From contig CAWHIM010000008.1 of assembly GCA_963829245.1 (NCBI GenBank), positions 67,452 through 131,451 on the forward strand: a DNA stretch of 64,000 bases. The letters run 5' to 3'. Position 1 is the stretch's first letter. The number at the start of each line of letters is the position of its first letter. Shown here in pieces: positions 36,575 to 45,097 of this stretch. Source of the DNA: an uncultured bacterium (GTDB lineage: Bacteria > Desulfobacterota > Deferrimicrobia > Deferrimicrobiales > Deferrimicrobiaceae). Position numbers and translations under genes: made by a program. Below the pieces are notes generated by a model. That model did not search any database. It saw only the letters and a program-made list of their open reading frames with translations, and was not told where the DNA came from.

Positions 36575-37333
36575 TCACTGCATCCGCCGGATGCGCACCT
36601 CGGTCTCCTTCTGATTCCGGAGGAGTTCGACGATCCTGGAGGTGTCGGTCTCGCCGAAATGGTAGGGGTAGAGGATCTTCGGCCGGAGCATGCGGGCGGC
36701 CTCGGCCACCATCTCCGGGGTCATCGTGTACGGGAGATTCATCGGAAGGAACGCGATGTCGACCCCGGCGAGGGTCCTCATCTCGGGGATGTTCTCCGTG
36801 TCGCCGGCCACGTACACCCTCTTGTCCCCGAAGGTGAGGACGTACCCGTTGCCGTCCCCTTTGGGGTGAAAGGGTACGCCGGGGCTGCGCTCATGGACAA
36901 GATTGTACGCCGGAACGGCGATCACGCGGATGCCGGGAGAATTCTTCCGGGCGCCGGGGAACACCTTCTGGTCGCCGTTCTTCAGGACCACGGCGCCGGG
37001 AATCTTTTCGGCGGCGGCCGGATTCGCCGCCACAACGGTCCGGGCGCTTCGGATGGCCTTGATCGCCCCCAGGTCGAGATGATCGCTGTGCTCGTGGGTG
37101 ACAAGGATGATGTCGGCCTTCGGGAGGGTTGCATAGTCAGCCACCTTGCTGTAGGGGTCGATGGCGATGGTCGTGCCGTCGAAAGAGAAGAGGAGACTCG
37201 CGTGGCCCAGAAAGGTGATGGTGAGGTCGCCGGAAGCCGTCGGGATCACGTCCGTTTCATACCGCTCTTTCCCGAAAGCCGTTCCCGCCACCAAGGTCAT
37301 CAGAAACAGAAAAACGACATGCAATCCCTTCAT
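36575..37333 (-). CDS. MBL-fold metallo-hydrolase, secreted
   Basis: ORF 36575-37390 trimmed to ATG 37333 (SD GGGAGG). Signal peptide MKGLHVVFLFLMTLVAGTAFG. HxHxDH motif LVTHEHSDHLD. Confidence 0.8.
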   Translation of the reverse strand: MKGLHVVFLFLMTLVAGTAFGKERYETDVIPTASGDLTITFLGHASLLFSFDGTTIAIDPYSKVADYATLPKADIILVTHEHSDHLDLGAIKAIRSARTVVAANPAAAEKIPGAVVLKNGDQKVFPGARKNSPGIRVIAVPAYNLVHERSPGVPFHPKGDGNGYVLTFGDKRVYVAGDTENIPEMRTLAGVDIAFLPMNLPYTMTPEMVAEAARMLRPKILYPYHFGETDTSRIVELLRNQKETEVRIRRMQ

Positions 37334-37388
37334 TTCGGCCTCCCTGTTCTTGATGATGGTTCGATGTCGACGTGCCGAAGAAGGTTCC

Positions 37389-37727
37389 ATGCCGCGACCC
37401 GATGTTCGGGTGACCGGAATTGCTCTAATATACGTTGGGTTCCAGGAATCCCGGTCCGGAAGTCAATACGCTCAGGGTAGCCTGCTCCGGGAGCGGTTCC
37501 TCCCTCGCGTTCGCGAGGCCGACCGCTCGACGTATGTGACCGAGGCCCATGACAACCTCGACCCCTTCCGGCTATGGGACATCATGATGGCCAATGAGAA
37601 ACCGGGCGGCCACGGAGAGCGGTCGGTGGCGGTAGGCGTCATCGACAAACGTTGCATTCCGCACGGCGGACACCAGTTCGCCCTCAACATCGCCGCCGGT
37701 CGAGAATGGAATGGCCGGTTTGCCTGA
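37389..37727 (+). CDS. Hypothetical protein (112 aa), hidden inside a longer spurious ORF
   Basis: This is the 3' part of ORF 37161-37727, from ATG 37389. By hand count its third-position G+C is clearly higher than that of the competing minus-strand ORF 37572-37763, and its second-position G+C is near half. It fills the gap between the MBL and NmrA genes. No family recognised. Confidence 0.35.
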   Translation: MPRPDVRVTGIALIYVGFQESRSGSQYAQGSLLRERFLPRVREADRSTYVTEAHDNLDPFRLWDIMMANEKPGGHGERSVAVGVIDKRCIPHGGHQFALNIAAGREWNGRFA

Positions 37728-37740
37728 AATCCCGGGAGGC

Positions 37741-38643
37741 TCACGCCGCGGCCCGGTACGCATGGGCGAAAACCGATTTCGAAAAACTTTCCAGCGTCGT
37801 CGGCGTCGTGCTCTCCACGCTCCGCCCCCGGGTCGGGCGGATGATCCCGGCGTTGAAGCCGCGCTGCATCTCCAGAAATGCTTCGGTCACGCTTCCGGAC
37901 ATCCCCGCCCCGGTCATCGCTTTGCGCGCCTCTTCCTCGGAGAACTGAACGTACTTCAGCCCGGGCTTCCCGATCGCCCCCCCGAGGACATGAGTGGCCT
38001 CGGACATCGTAAGGTCCCGCGGCCCGAGGAGATAGCGGACCGCATGTCCGTGGAATTCTCCCTCGACGAACAGGCGGGACGCCGCGTTCGCGATATCCTC
38101 CGTCGCGATCATGGGGAGAGGCACGTCGGACCGGATCGTGCTCCCATTGATACCCCGGGTACGGATGAGGGGAATGTTCCATAGGTGGTTTTCCATGAAG
38201 TAGGCCGGACGCAGGCACACAACTCCCGCATCCTTCAGCATGCTCAACCCGGTCTCCATTTCGTGCAGACCGACGATCGGCCCCGTACCTTCGGCGAGAT
38301 GCGCCCCCACACTGCTCAAGGCAACGATTCGCGGGACGTTGGCCTTGGAGAGGGCAGACACGAGCGACGCCGCGAAACGGCTCTGGTACTCCCGGACATC
38401 GGGGGCGTCGTAGGTCGGGGGTATGAGGATGAAGGCTCCCCGGGCACCCGAGAAGACCTTCTCGAGGAACGCGGTGTCGCAGATGTCCCCCGGCCAAGGT
38501 TCCGCCCCCTTCGCGGCCAGCGGCCCGAGGCGGACCCGTTCCCGCCCCACGACCCGGACCGGTTCCCCGGCGTAAAGAAGAATCTCGGCGGTCCTGGAAC
38601 CGACATTGCCGGTCGCTCCACAGACGACAACTGGCGATTTCAT
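37741..38643 (-). CDS. NmrA-family NAD(P)-binding protein
   Basis: VVCGATGNVGS Rossmann motif. Length and pattern match the NmrA/atypical SDR family. Confidence 0.8.
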   Translation of the reverse strand: MKSPVVVCGATGNVGSRTAEILLYAGEPVRVVGRERVRLGPLAAKGAEPWPGDICDTAFLEKVFSGARGAFILIPPTYDAPDVREYQSRFAASLVSALSKANVPRIVALSSVGAHLAEGTGPIVGLHEMETGLSMLKDAGVVCLRPAYFMENHLWNIPLIRTRGINGSTIRSDVPLPMIATEDIANAASRLFVEGEFHGHAVRYLLGPRDLTMSEATHVLGGAIGKPGLKYVQFSEEEARKAMTGAGMSGSVTEAFLEMQRGFNAGIIRPTRGRSVESTTPTTLESFSKSVFAHAYRAAA

Positions 38644-38914
38644 CGCTACCCTCCTGTTCCGTTATTGCAGACTTTGATTAGTTAGATTCTTCGGCAGGGG
38701 GGAGAGATCCCCGGCCAGCCGAAAAAGGTCCCGCCGCCGTCCCGGCAGCGCCATCGGGTTCCCTCCGTCGAGGCAACATGATCACCGGCCATTACCCCGG
38801 TGGATTTCCCCTGATCCGCCCGCGAGGATGAAACCGGACGCGAGAAAAGTACCTCCTACGGTGGAAGGGCCGTGTGGATTCATCAATCGGACCGACGGCG
38901 AGCGGGGGAATCCG

Positions 38915-39442
38915 ATGGAACTGAACGGGAAATGCGTTGCCGTATTGGCGGAGGATCTCTACGAGGATCTCGAATTGTGGTATCCCGTGTATCGGTTCCG
39001 GGAGGCTGGAGCGAAGGTGACCATCGTGGGGGGAGGTGCAAGCGGATACTCCTCCAAGCACGGATACCCGGTTACTCCAGACGCGCCGGCGGAGAACGTT
39101 AACGCCGCCGACTTCGACGCGGTGATCATACCGGGCGGCTATGCTCCCGACCGAATGCGTCGACACAAGGCGATGGTGGACCTGGTACGCGACATGTTCG
39201 CGAGGGGAAAGGTGGTCGCGGCGATCTGCCACGGCGGGTGGATGCTCGTTTCGGCGGACGTGTTGCGGGACAGGAAGGCGACCTGCTTCTTCGCCATAAA
39301 GGACGATCTGGTGAACGCGGGGGCCCGCTACGAGGACCGGGAAGTCGTCCGAGACGGCAATCTGGTCACGTCGCGGAAACCGGAAGATCTGCCGGCATTC
39401 TGCCGGACGATTATCGAGGCGCTCTCCGGGTCGGTGGCGTAA
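38915..39442 (+). CDS. DJ-1/PfpI-family protein (type 1 glutamine amidotransferase-like)
   Basis: ORF 38828-39442 trimmed to ATG 38915. FDAVIIPGGYAPD, nucleophile elbow VAAICHGGWML, NLVTSRKPEDLPAF. Confidence 0.85.
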   Translation: MELNGKCVAVLAEDLYEDLELWYPVYRFREAGAKVTIVGGGASGYSSKHGYPVTPDAPAENVNAADFDAVIIPGGYAPDRMRRHKAMVDLVRDMFARGKVVAAICHGGWMLVSADVLRDRKATCFFAIKDDLVNAGARYEDREVVRDGNLVTSRKPEDLPAFCRTIIEALSGSVA

Positions 39443-39474
39443 CTTCCCGGCAGGAAAAAATGGAGGGAAAACGG

Positions 39475-39927
39475 ATGTGGAATCGGTTGTTGCATACTTC
39501 CGATAACGTGACGGATCTGATCCTGCGGCTGGCACTTGCGGTCGTCTTCTTTCCTCATGGCGCGCAGAAAGCGTTGGGATGGTTCGGTGGGTATGGGTTC
39601 ACCGCATCTCTGGGCTTTTTCACCGGGAAAATGGGGATCCCGATGGTGTTCGCCCTGCTGGCGATCGCGGCGGAGTTCCTCGGAAGCCTGGGACTGTTCG
39701 TCGGCCTCCTCGCCCGCGTGGCCGCCTTCGGGATCTTCTGCAACATGGCCGTGGCGGTGGCGATGGTCCACTCCAAGGTGGGATTTTTCATGAACTGGGC
39801 GGGGAAAATGCCCGCGGGAACAGAGGGATTCGAGTACCACATCCTCGCCATGGCGCTGGCGTTCGCCGTGATGGTGCGAGGAGCAGGCCCGGTCTCCCTC
39901 GACCGCGTCCTTTCCGGCAAGCGCTGA
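39475..39927 (+). CDS. DoxX-family membrane protein
   Basis: In-frame part of ORF 39238-39927 from ATG 39475 (SD GGAGGG 7 nt upstream). LRLALAVVFFPHGAQK; four TM helices. Confidence 0.8.
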   Translation: MWNRLLHTSDNVTDLILRLALAVVFFPHGAQKALGWFGGYGFTASLGFFTGKMGIPMVFALLAIAAEFLGSLGLFVGLLARVAAFGIFCNMAVAVAMVHSKVGFFMNWAGKMPAGTEGFEYHILAMALAFAVMVRGAGPVSLDRVLSGKR

Positions 39928-40063
39928 ATTCCCCGGTACGCCATCCCGGCGGCCGGTACACATGCCGGCCGAACGGAGCGTGGCATGCGATGAACTTTCG
40001 TCCCCTTGAAACCGTCCAATAGGCGGAAGAGGACGTGACCCCGTGAAAAGAAGGAGGCTTGGG

Positions 40064-40538
40064 ATGAAAAAGGGGACTATTTCTATTGCTGATTCTGGCC
40101 GTTACGTCGTATGGATGCGCGACGACGATGGGTCCGAAAGAATCGGGCGGGACGGTCATCGGAGGGGTTGGAGGGGCGATCATCGGCTCCCAGGTCGGGG
40201 GTGGGACGGGACGGCTTGTGGGCGTGGCGATCGGTACCTTGGCCGGCGCGTTGATCGGTCAGGAAGTCGGACGATCCCTGGACAGGGCGGACCGGTTGGC
40301 GATGGAGAACACGGCCCAGCAGGCTCTGGAATACAACCAAGCCCGACATTCTTCCGCATGGCGGAATCCCGACACCGGCCATTCCGGGACAATCACGCCG
40401 ACACGAACCTACAAGGAACCGGACGGCCGCTATTGCCGGGAGTACACGCAGACCGTCATGATCGGAGGCGAGCAACACAAGGCGTACGGAACGGCGTGCC
40501 GCCAGCCGGACGGTACCTGGAAAATCATCAACAAGTAG
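40064..40538 (+). CDS. Glycine-zipper / 17-kDa-surface-antigen-like lipoprotein, with an apparent 1-nt frameshift inside the signal peptide
   Basis: A strong SD AAGGAGG (40051-40057) serves ATG 40064. The mature body is ORF 40086-40538 (LILAVTSYGC lipobox, GGVGGAIIGSQVGGG, YCREY...CRQPDGTWK), one frame away. Removing one base from the A5G4 run restores MKKGLFLLLILAVTSYGC. Confidence 0.7.
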
Positions 40539-40581
40539 GGGCGGGCGGAAGGTCCCCCGCCGCGGAACAGGACACGATCGA

Positions 40582-41301
40582 ATGCATTATATTCCACTCG
40601 CCGCTCCGTTCTTTATCGCGCTTTTTCTTTTCTTTGTATCCATTGTCGTTCTGATCGAGCTTCGAATCCTCGGATACACCTACGAAAAGGTGGGGGTTGA
40701 CCGCCATTATATCTTTGCCCTGCTGCTGTTATCTTTCCTGGGAAGTTATATCAACATTCCCATTGCCCAGCTGCCGCCGGAGCAGATGCTTACGCCCAGG
40801 ATCATAGACTTTTTCGGCATGCAGTACGTCGTACCGGCAATGACCGAGCGACCGGGGACGGTTATCGCCGTAAACTTGGGCGGCGCGGTGATTCCCGTGA
40901 TTCTCTCCATCTACCTCATCGTGAGGAACCGGCTTTATCTTCGAAGCGTCCTGGCGGTCGGAATCGTTACGGTCACGGTCCATCTCATGGCGTATCCCGT
41001 TCAGGGTGTCGGGATCGCGGAACCGATGTTCATTCCACCTCTGGTTACGGCGGTCGTGGCCCTCGCCATTTCCCCGCGTCATGCCGCTCCCCTGGCCTAT
41101 ATCGCCGGGAGTCTTGGAACCCTGATCGGGGCCGACCTCCTGAATCTCCACAAGATTCATGGCCTCGGCGCACCGGTGGCCTCCATCGGGGGCGCCGGCA
41201 AATTCGACGGGATCTTCTTGACGGGGCTTATCGCCGTCCTGCTTGCGACCCTCGTAAGCCGAAAACACGAGGTTTCGCGATCCCTGAATTCGACGGAGTG
41301 A
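40582..41301 (+). CDS. DUF1614-family membrane protein
   Basis: VIAVNLGGAVIPVILSIYLI, IGGAGKFDGIFLTG; multi-TM; pattern matches DUF1614 from memory. Confidence 0.65.
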   Translation: MHYIPLAAPFFIALFLFFVSIVVLIELRILGYTYEKVGVDRHYIFALLLLSFLGSYINIPIAQLPPEQMLTPRIIDFFGMQYVVPAMTERPGTVIAVNLGGAVIPVILSIYLIVRNRLYLRSVLAVGIVTVTVHLMAYPVQGVGIAEPMFIPPLVTAVVALAISPRHAAPLAYIAGSLGTLIGADLLNLHKIHGLGAPVASIGGAGKFDGIFLTGLIAVLLATLVSRKHEVSRSLNSTE

Positions 41302-41307
41302 TCCGGA

Positions 41308-41493
41308 TCATGCGGCTTTCGCTCGAACGACCGACCGGGCTGCCTGATAGATCTCCTCGATCTCGAACCAGTCGTCGGTATGTTCCTCCTTCACGTGGCG
41401 CAAAAGGGAATCGATGACAATTTCCCCCGTTTCCCCCTCGATAACGAAATTACAGTCAATCCCAAGTTCCTTGCAGCTGATCGAGGTATCCAT
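41308..41493 (-). CDS. DUF1059-family small protein
   Basis: ORF 41308-41613 trimmed to ATG 41493 (SD GGAGGTG). MDTSISCKELGIDCNFVIEGET...HVKEEH. Confidence 0.7.
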   Translation of the reverse strand: MDTSISCKELGIDCNFVIEGETGEIVIDSLLRHVKEEHTDDWFEIEEIYQAARSVVRAKAA

Positions 41494-41763
41494 CGGCACC
41501 TCCAATCCTTCAACCGATTTGTCGCTCAATCCGGTTCTTCTGTTTTTATTAGGATATGCTCCTGCTCCACCGAAGTTTCGTCGGGCGGACAAATCGCATG
41601 GAACCGTCGTCAAGGATAGGTCGCGGAGGTCCCGTTTATCGCATTCGATCGGCGATTACGGGTCCAGGTGCCGTAGAGGGAACGAAGGGGGTAGAATCAG
41701 GTGGATACGTTGTGAATTGCCGGGGCTTGACCGGCGGGTGTACCGCCTGAGGAGGACGGCGGC

Positions 41764-43111
41764 ATGACGGAACTCGACCTGGCACGCGCGCAGATGGCGA
41801 TGCTGTTCGCCTTCCACATTCTCTTTGCGGTGGCCGGGATAGGTATGCCCGTACTCATGGTGATCGCCGAGAGGGCGCATCTTCGGACCGGGCATCCCGT
41901 CTATGCGGATCTCGCGCGGCGCTGGGCGAAGGGGATGTCGGTCCTCTTCGCGATGGGCGCGGTCACCGGAACCGTCCTGTCCTTCGAGCTGGGGCTGTTG
42001 TGGCCCAGGTTCATGGCGTTCGCCGGCGGAGTCATCGGGCTTCCTTTCGCTCTGGAGGGATTCGCCTTCTTCACCGAGGCGATCTTCCTCGGTATCTACG
42101 TGTACGGCTGGGACCGCGTCTCGCCGCGCCTCCACCTCGCCTCCGGTGTTCTCGTGGCCATCGGTGGGATCCTCTCCGGGATCTTCGTCGTTACCGCCAA
42201 CGCATGGATGAACAGTCCGGCGGGCTTCACCCTTGTGGACGGGAGGCCTGTCGACGTATCCCCCCTCGCGGCGATGCTGAACCCGGCCTCGGTCACCGAG
42301 ACGATCCACATGACCCTCGCCGCCTTCGCCGCCTCCGGGTTCGCGGTCGCGGGGATCCATGCGTACCATCTTCTGAGGGACCGGGAGAACTTATTCCATC
42401 GGAAAGCACTGGAAATCGCCCTCGCGGTCGGTTGTGCGGCCGCCGTGCTCCAGCCGATCAGCGGCGACATGAACGCGCGCTTCGTCGCGCGGGACCAGCC
42501 GGTGAAACTCGCGGCGCTGGAGGGGCAGTTCGAGACCGAACGCGGGGCGCCGCTTCGGATCGGGGGAATCCCCGACGTCGCATCGCGGACCACGCGGTAC
42601 GCGATCGAGGTACCGAAAGGATTGAGCCTGCTGGCCTACCACGATCCCGACGCCCGGGTGCGGGGACTCGCCGCATTCCCCCGGGACGAGTGGCCCGACC
42701 CCGTCCCGGTGCACCTCGCCTTCCAGGCGATGGTGGCCGGCGGCATAGCCATGGCTCTCCTCTCCATCGCCGCGGCCTGGCTTTTCTGGAAGAAAAGGGA
42801 GGGCTCTCTTCGGCCGCCGGTTCCTGACGGCCGTCGCCCTCTGCGGACCGGTCGGACTCCTCTGCGTGGAGGCGGGGTGGGGAGTCACCGAAATGGGCCG
42901 GCAGCCCTGGGCGATCCGCGGCGTCATGAGGACGGCGGAGGCGGTGACCCCCGTCGGAGGCCTTCTCCTCCCCTTCGCATTCTTCTCGCTTCTCTACCTG
43001 GGCCTCGGGGCGGCCACAGTCTGGCTGCTGCGGCGCGAAGTCGCCGCGAGCCCCTTCTTCCCCGCCGGCGGCGATGTGGCGGGTCCCTCCGCCCCTGAAG
43101 GGAAGGAGTAG
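41764..43111 (+). pseudogene. cydA: Cytochrome bd ubiquinol oxidase subunit I, one frame disruption near 42793-42799
   Basis: ORF 41764-43098 is CydA-like as far as AWLFWKK. The C-terminus (VEAGWGVTEMGRQPWAIRGVMRTAEAVTP) continues in ORF 42866-43111, one frame over. The junction is at the AAAAGGG run. Confidence 0.8.
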
Positions 43112-43114
43112 GCC

Positions 43115-44139
43115 ATGCCGGATACCGCAACGCTGTCGGCCGGATGCATCCTGGCATCCCTCGTTCTCTACGCCCTCTTCGGGGGGGCCGATTTCGGGGG
43201 AGGCTTCTGGGACCTTCTGGCGCGTGGTCCACGCGCGGCAGATCGGCGGCGGCTCATCGCCAAGGCCATCGGCCCCGTGTGGGAGACCAACCATATATGG
43301 ATCATCGTGGCCATCGTGATCCTCTTCACGGCGTTTCCCGTGGCGTTCGCGGTCGTCTGCACGACCCTTTTTATCCCGCTGACGATCGTTCTCGCCGGGA
43401 TCGTCCTCCGCGGGGCGGCGTTCGCATTCCACGCATACCGCCTCCATGAGAAGCCGTACGGCGGGACGGTGGGGGGTCGTCTTCGCCTCGGCCAGCCTCG
43501 TCACACCGGTCTTCCTCGGGGTCGTGTTCGGGGCGATCTCCACCGGGAGGATACGCGTGACGGACCGGTTGGCGTTCACGGGAGACGTGACGTCGTGGCT
43601 CTCCCCTTTCCCTGTCTCCGTCGGGTTCCTCGCGCTGGCCTCCTTTGCCTTCCTCGCCGCCGTCGTACCTCATCCTCGAAACGAACGACCCGGGGCTGCG
43701 GGAGGAGATCCGCCGGGACGCCTTCCGGTCCGCCGCCGCGCTCGTTCTCGTCTCCGGGCTGACCCTGGCGTCGGCCGCCCTCGATGCGAAGGAGTTCTTC
43801 CGGGCCCTCACGGGTAGACCCTGGTCGATGCCGCTTGTCGCAGCGGAGATCGCGGCCGCCGCAGGGGCGGCCGCCTCTCTCGCGCTTCGCCGCTACCCGC
43901 TCGCGCGCGGCTGCGCCGCCGCGCAGGTATCCCTCCTCCTGGCCGGCTGGGGCATGGCCCAGTACCCGTATCTCGTACGTCCGGACGTCACCGTGTTTTC
44001 CGCGGCCGCATCTCCCGAGACGCTGCGCCTCCTGCTCGGCGCGCTTGCCGCGGGAGCCGTCCTCCTTTTCCCGGCGATCTTCCTTCTCCTCCGGGTGTTC
44101 AAGTGGGAGGCGATCTCCGGAACTCCCCCCCGCCCATGA
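43115..44139 (+). pseudogene. cydB: Cytochrome bd ubiquinol oxidase subunit II, two frame disruptions (~43463 and ~43665)
   Basis: The protein runs through three ORFs in successive frames (43115-, 43446-, 43645-44139): FGGADFGGGFWDL...HAYR / RWGVVFASASLVTPVFLG...FLAAV / YLILETNDPGLREE...LLRVFKWE. Confidence 0.75.
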
Positions 44140-44987
44140 TCCCGTATTTCCCTCAACCCGAGTATCACCTGTTCGGCCCGGTCACCGTCCACGCGTTCGG
44201 GGCGATCGTCGCCATTGCCGTGATCGTCGGCTGGCAGATGGCCTTTGCCCGCGCCCGCAAAAAGGGCCTCGAACCCGAACTTTTCGAGGACCTCCTCTTG
44301 TATGTGGTCCTCTCCGGATTCGTCGTCGCCCACCTCTATTCCGTTCTCGCCTATTTCCCGCGGGAGGCGATGGAAGACCCACTTCTCCTTTTGAAGTTCT
44401 GGGAGGACATCAGCTCCTTCGGGGGATTCGCCGGAGGACTCCTCGGGCTCTGGCTCTTTTTCCGATTCAAGGCGCGGAATGTCGATGCGGCGACCCGGTT
44501 GCGGTACCTGGACGTCATCGCATACGTCTTCCCGTTCGCGTGGGCGATCGGGCGCATCGCCTGCTCGGTCGCCCACGACCACCCCGGCACGGTCACGACG
44601 TTCCCGCTGGGAATCAGCCTGAAATCCCCGGAAGCGCAGGCCTACATCGCTTTCTTTTACCGGGAGGCCGGCCGGTTGGCGGAACTTCCGCCCCCTTCGG
44701 AGCTTGGGAAGATGGCGTTCCATGACCTGGGATGGTACGAATTCCTCTACATGTCGTGCCTGATGGTCCCCGCCTTCCTCGTGCTGGACCGGAAACCGCG
44801 TCCGTCGGGGTTCTTCCTGATCGCCTTCCCGCTCTTCTACGTCCCGGTCCGCTTCTTCCTGGATTTCCTGCGCATCAGCGATGCCAGGTACTTCGGACTG
44901 ACTCCCGCCCAGTACGCCGGGATCCCGATTTTCCTCGCGGCGGTCTTCTTCATGGTTCGCATTGTCCGGCGGAAGAAGAAGGAGTAG
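44136..44987 (+). CDS. lgt: Prolipoprotein diacylglyceryl transferase
   Basis: ORF 44103-44987 trimmed to ATG 44136 (ATGA overlap with the cydB stop). FGPVTVHAFGAIVAIAVIVG, GGFAGGLLG, IGRIACSVAHDHPG. Confidence 0.8.
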   Translation: MIPYFPQPEYHLFGPVTVHAFGAIVAIAVIVGWQMAFARARKKGLEPELFEDLLLYVVLSGFVVAHLYSVLAYFPREAMEDPLLLLKFWEDISSFGGFAGGLLGLWLFFRFKARNVDAATRLRYLDVIAYVFPFAWAIGRIACSVAHDHPGTVTTFPLGISLKSPEAQAYIAFFYREAGRLAELPPPSELGKMAFHDLGWYEFLYMSCLMVPAFLVLDRKPRPSGFFLIAFPLFYVPVRFFLDFLRISDARYFGLTPAQYAGIPIFLAAVFFMVRIVRRKKKE

Positions 44988-45097
44988 CCATGCAGGGAAC
45001 GATCCACGCCGAGAAGCACTTCACCGCGTCCGAATCCGTCCTCGACGTGGCGATGGGGTGAGACCCGGGGAACTCCCGGGGGAGGAAGGGCGGGAAG

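Noticed and set aside
37572-37763. 63-aa minus-strand ORF between the NmrA and MBL genes.
   Set aside because: It overlaps the NmrA 3' end. Its third codon positions coincide with the first positions of the better-scoring plus-strand frame 37389-37727, and no family was recognised. It is kept only as the less likely alternative.
40043-40654. 203-aa ORF starting upstream of the glycine-zipper lipoprotein gene.
   Set aside because: Only the first ~4 codons after ATG 40064 (up to the A5G4 frameshift run) belong to the real gene. The remainder (SIADSGRYVVWMRDDDGSERIGRDGHRRGW...) is the out-of-frame reading caused by the 1-nt shift in the A5G4 run.
41700-41720. Rex-type operator upstream of cydA (TTGTGAA half-site at about 41709-41715).
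   Set aside because: Only one half-site is present. The expected TTCACAA partner 4 nt downstream is absent.
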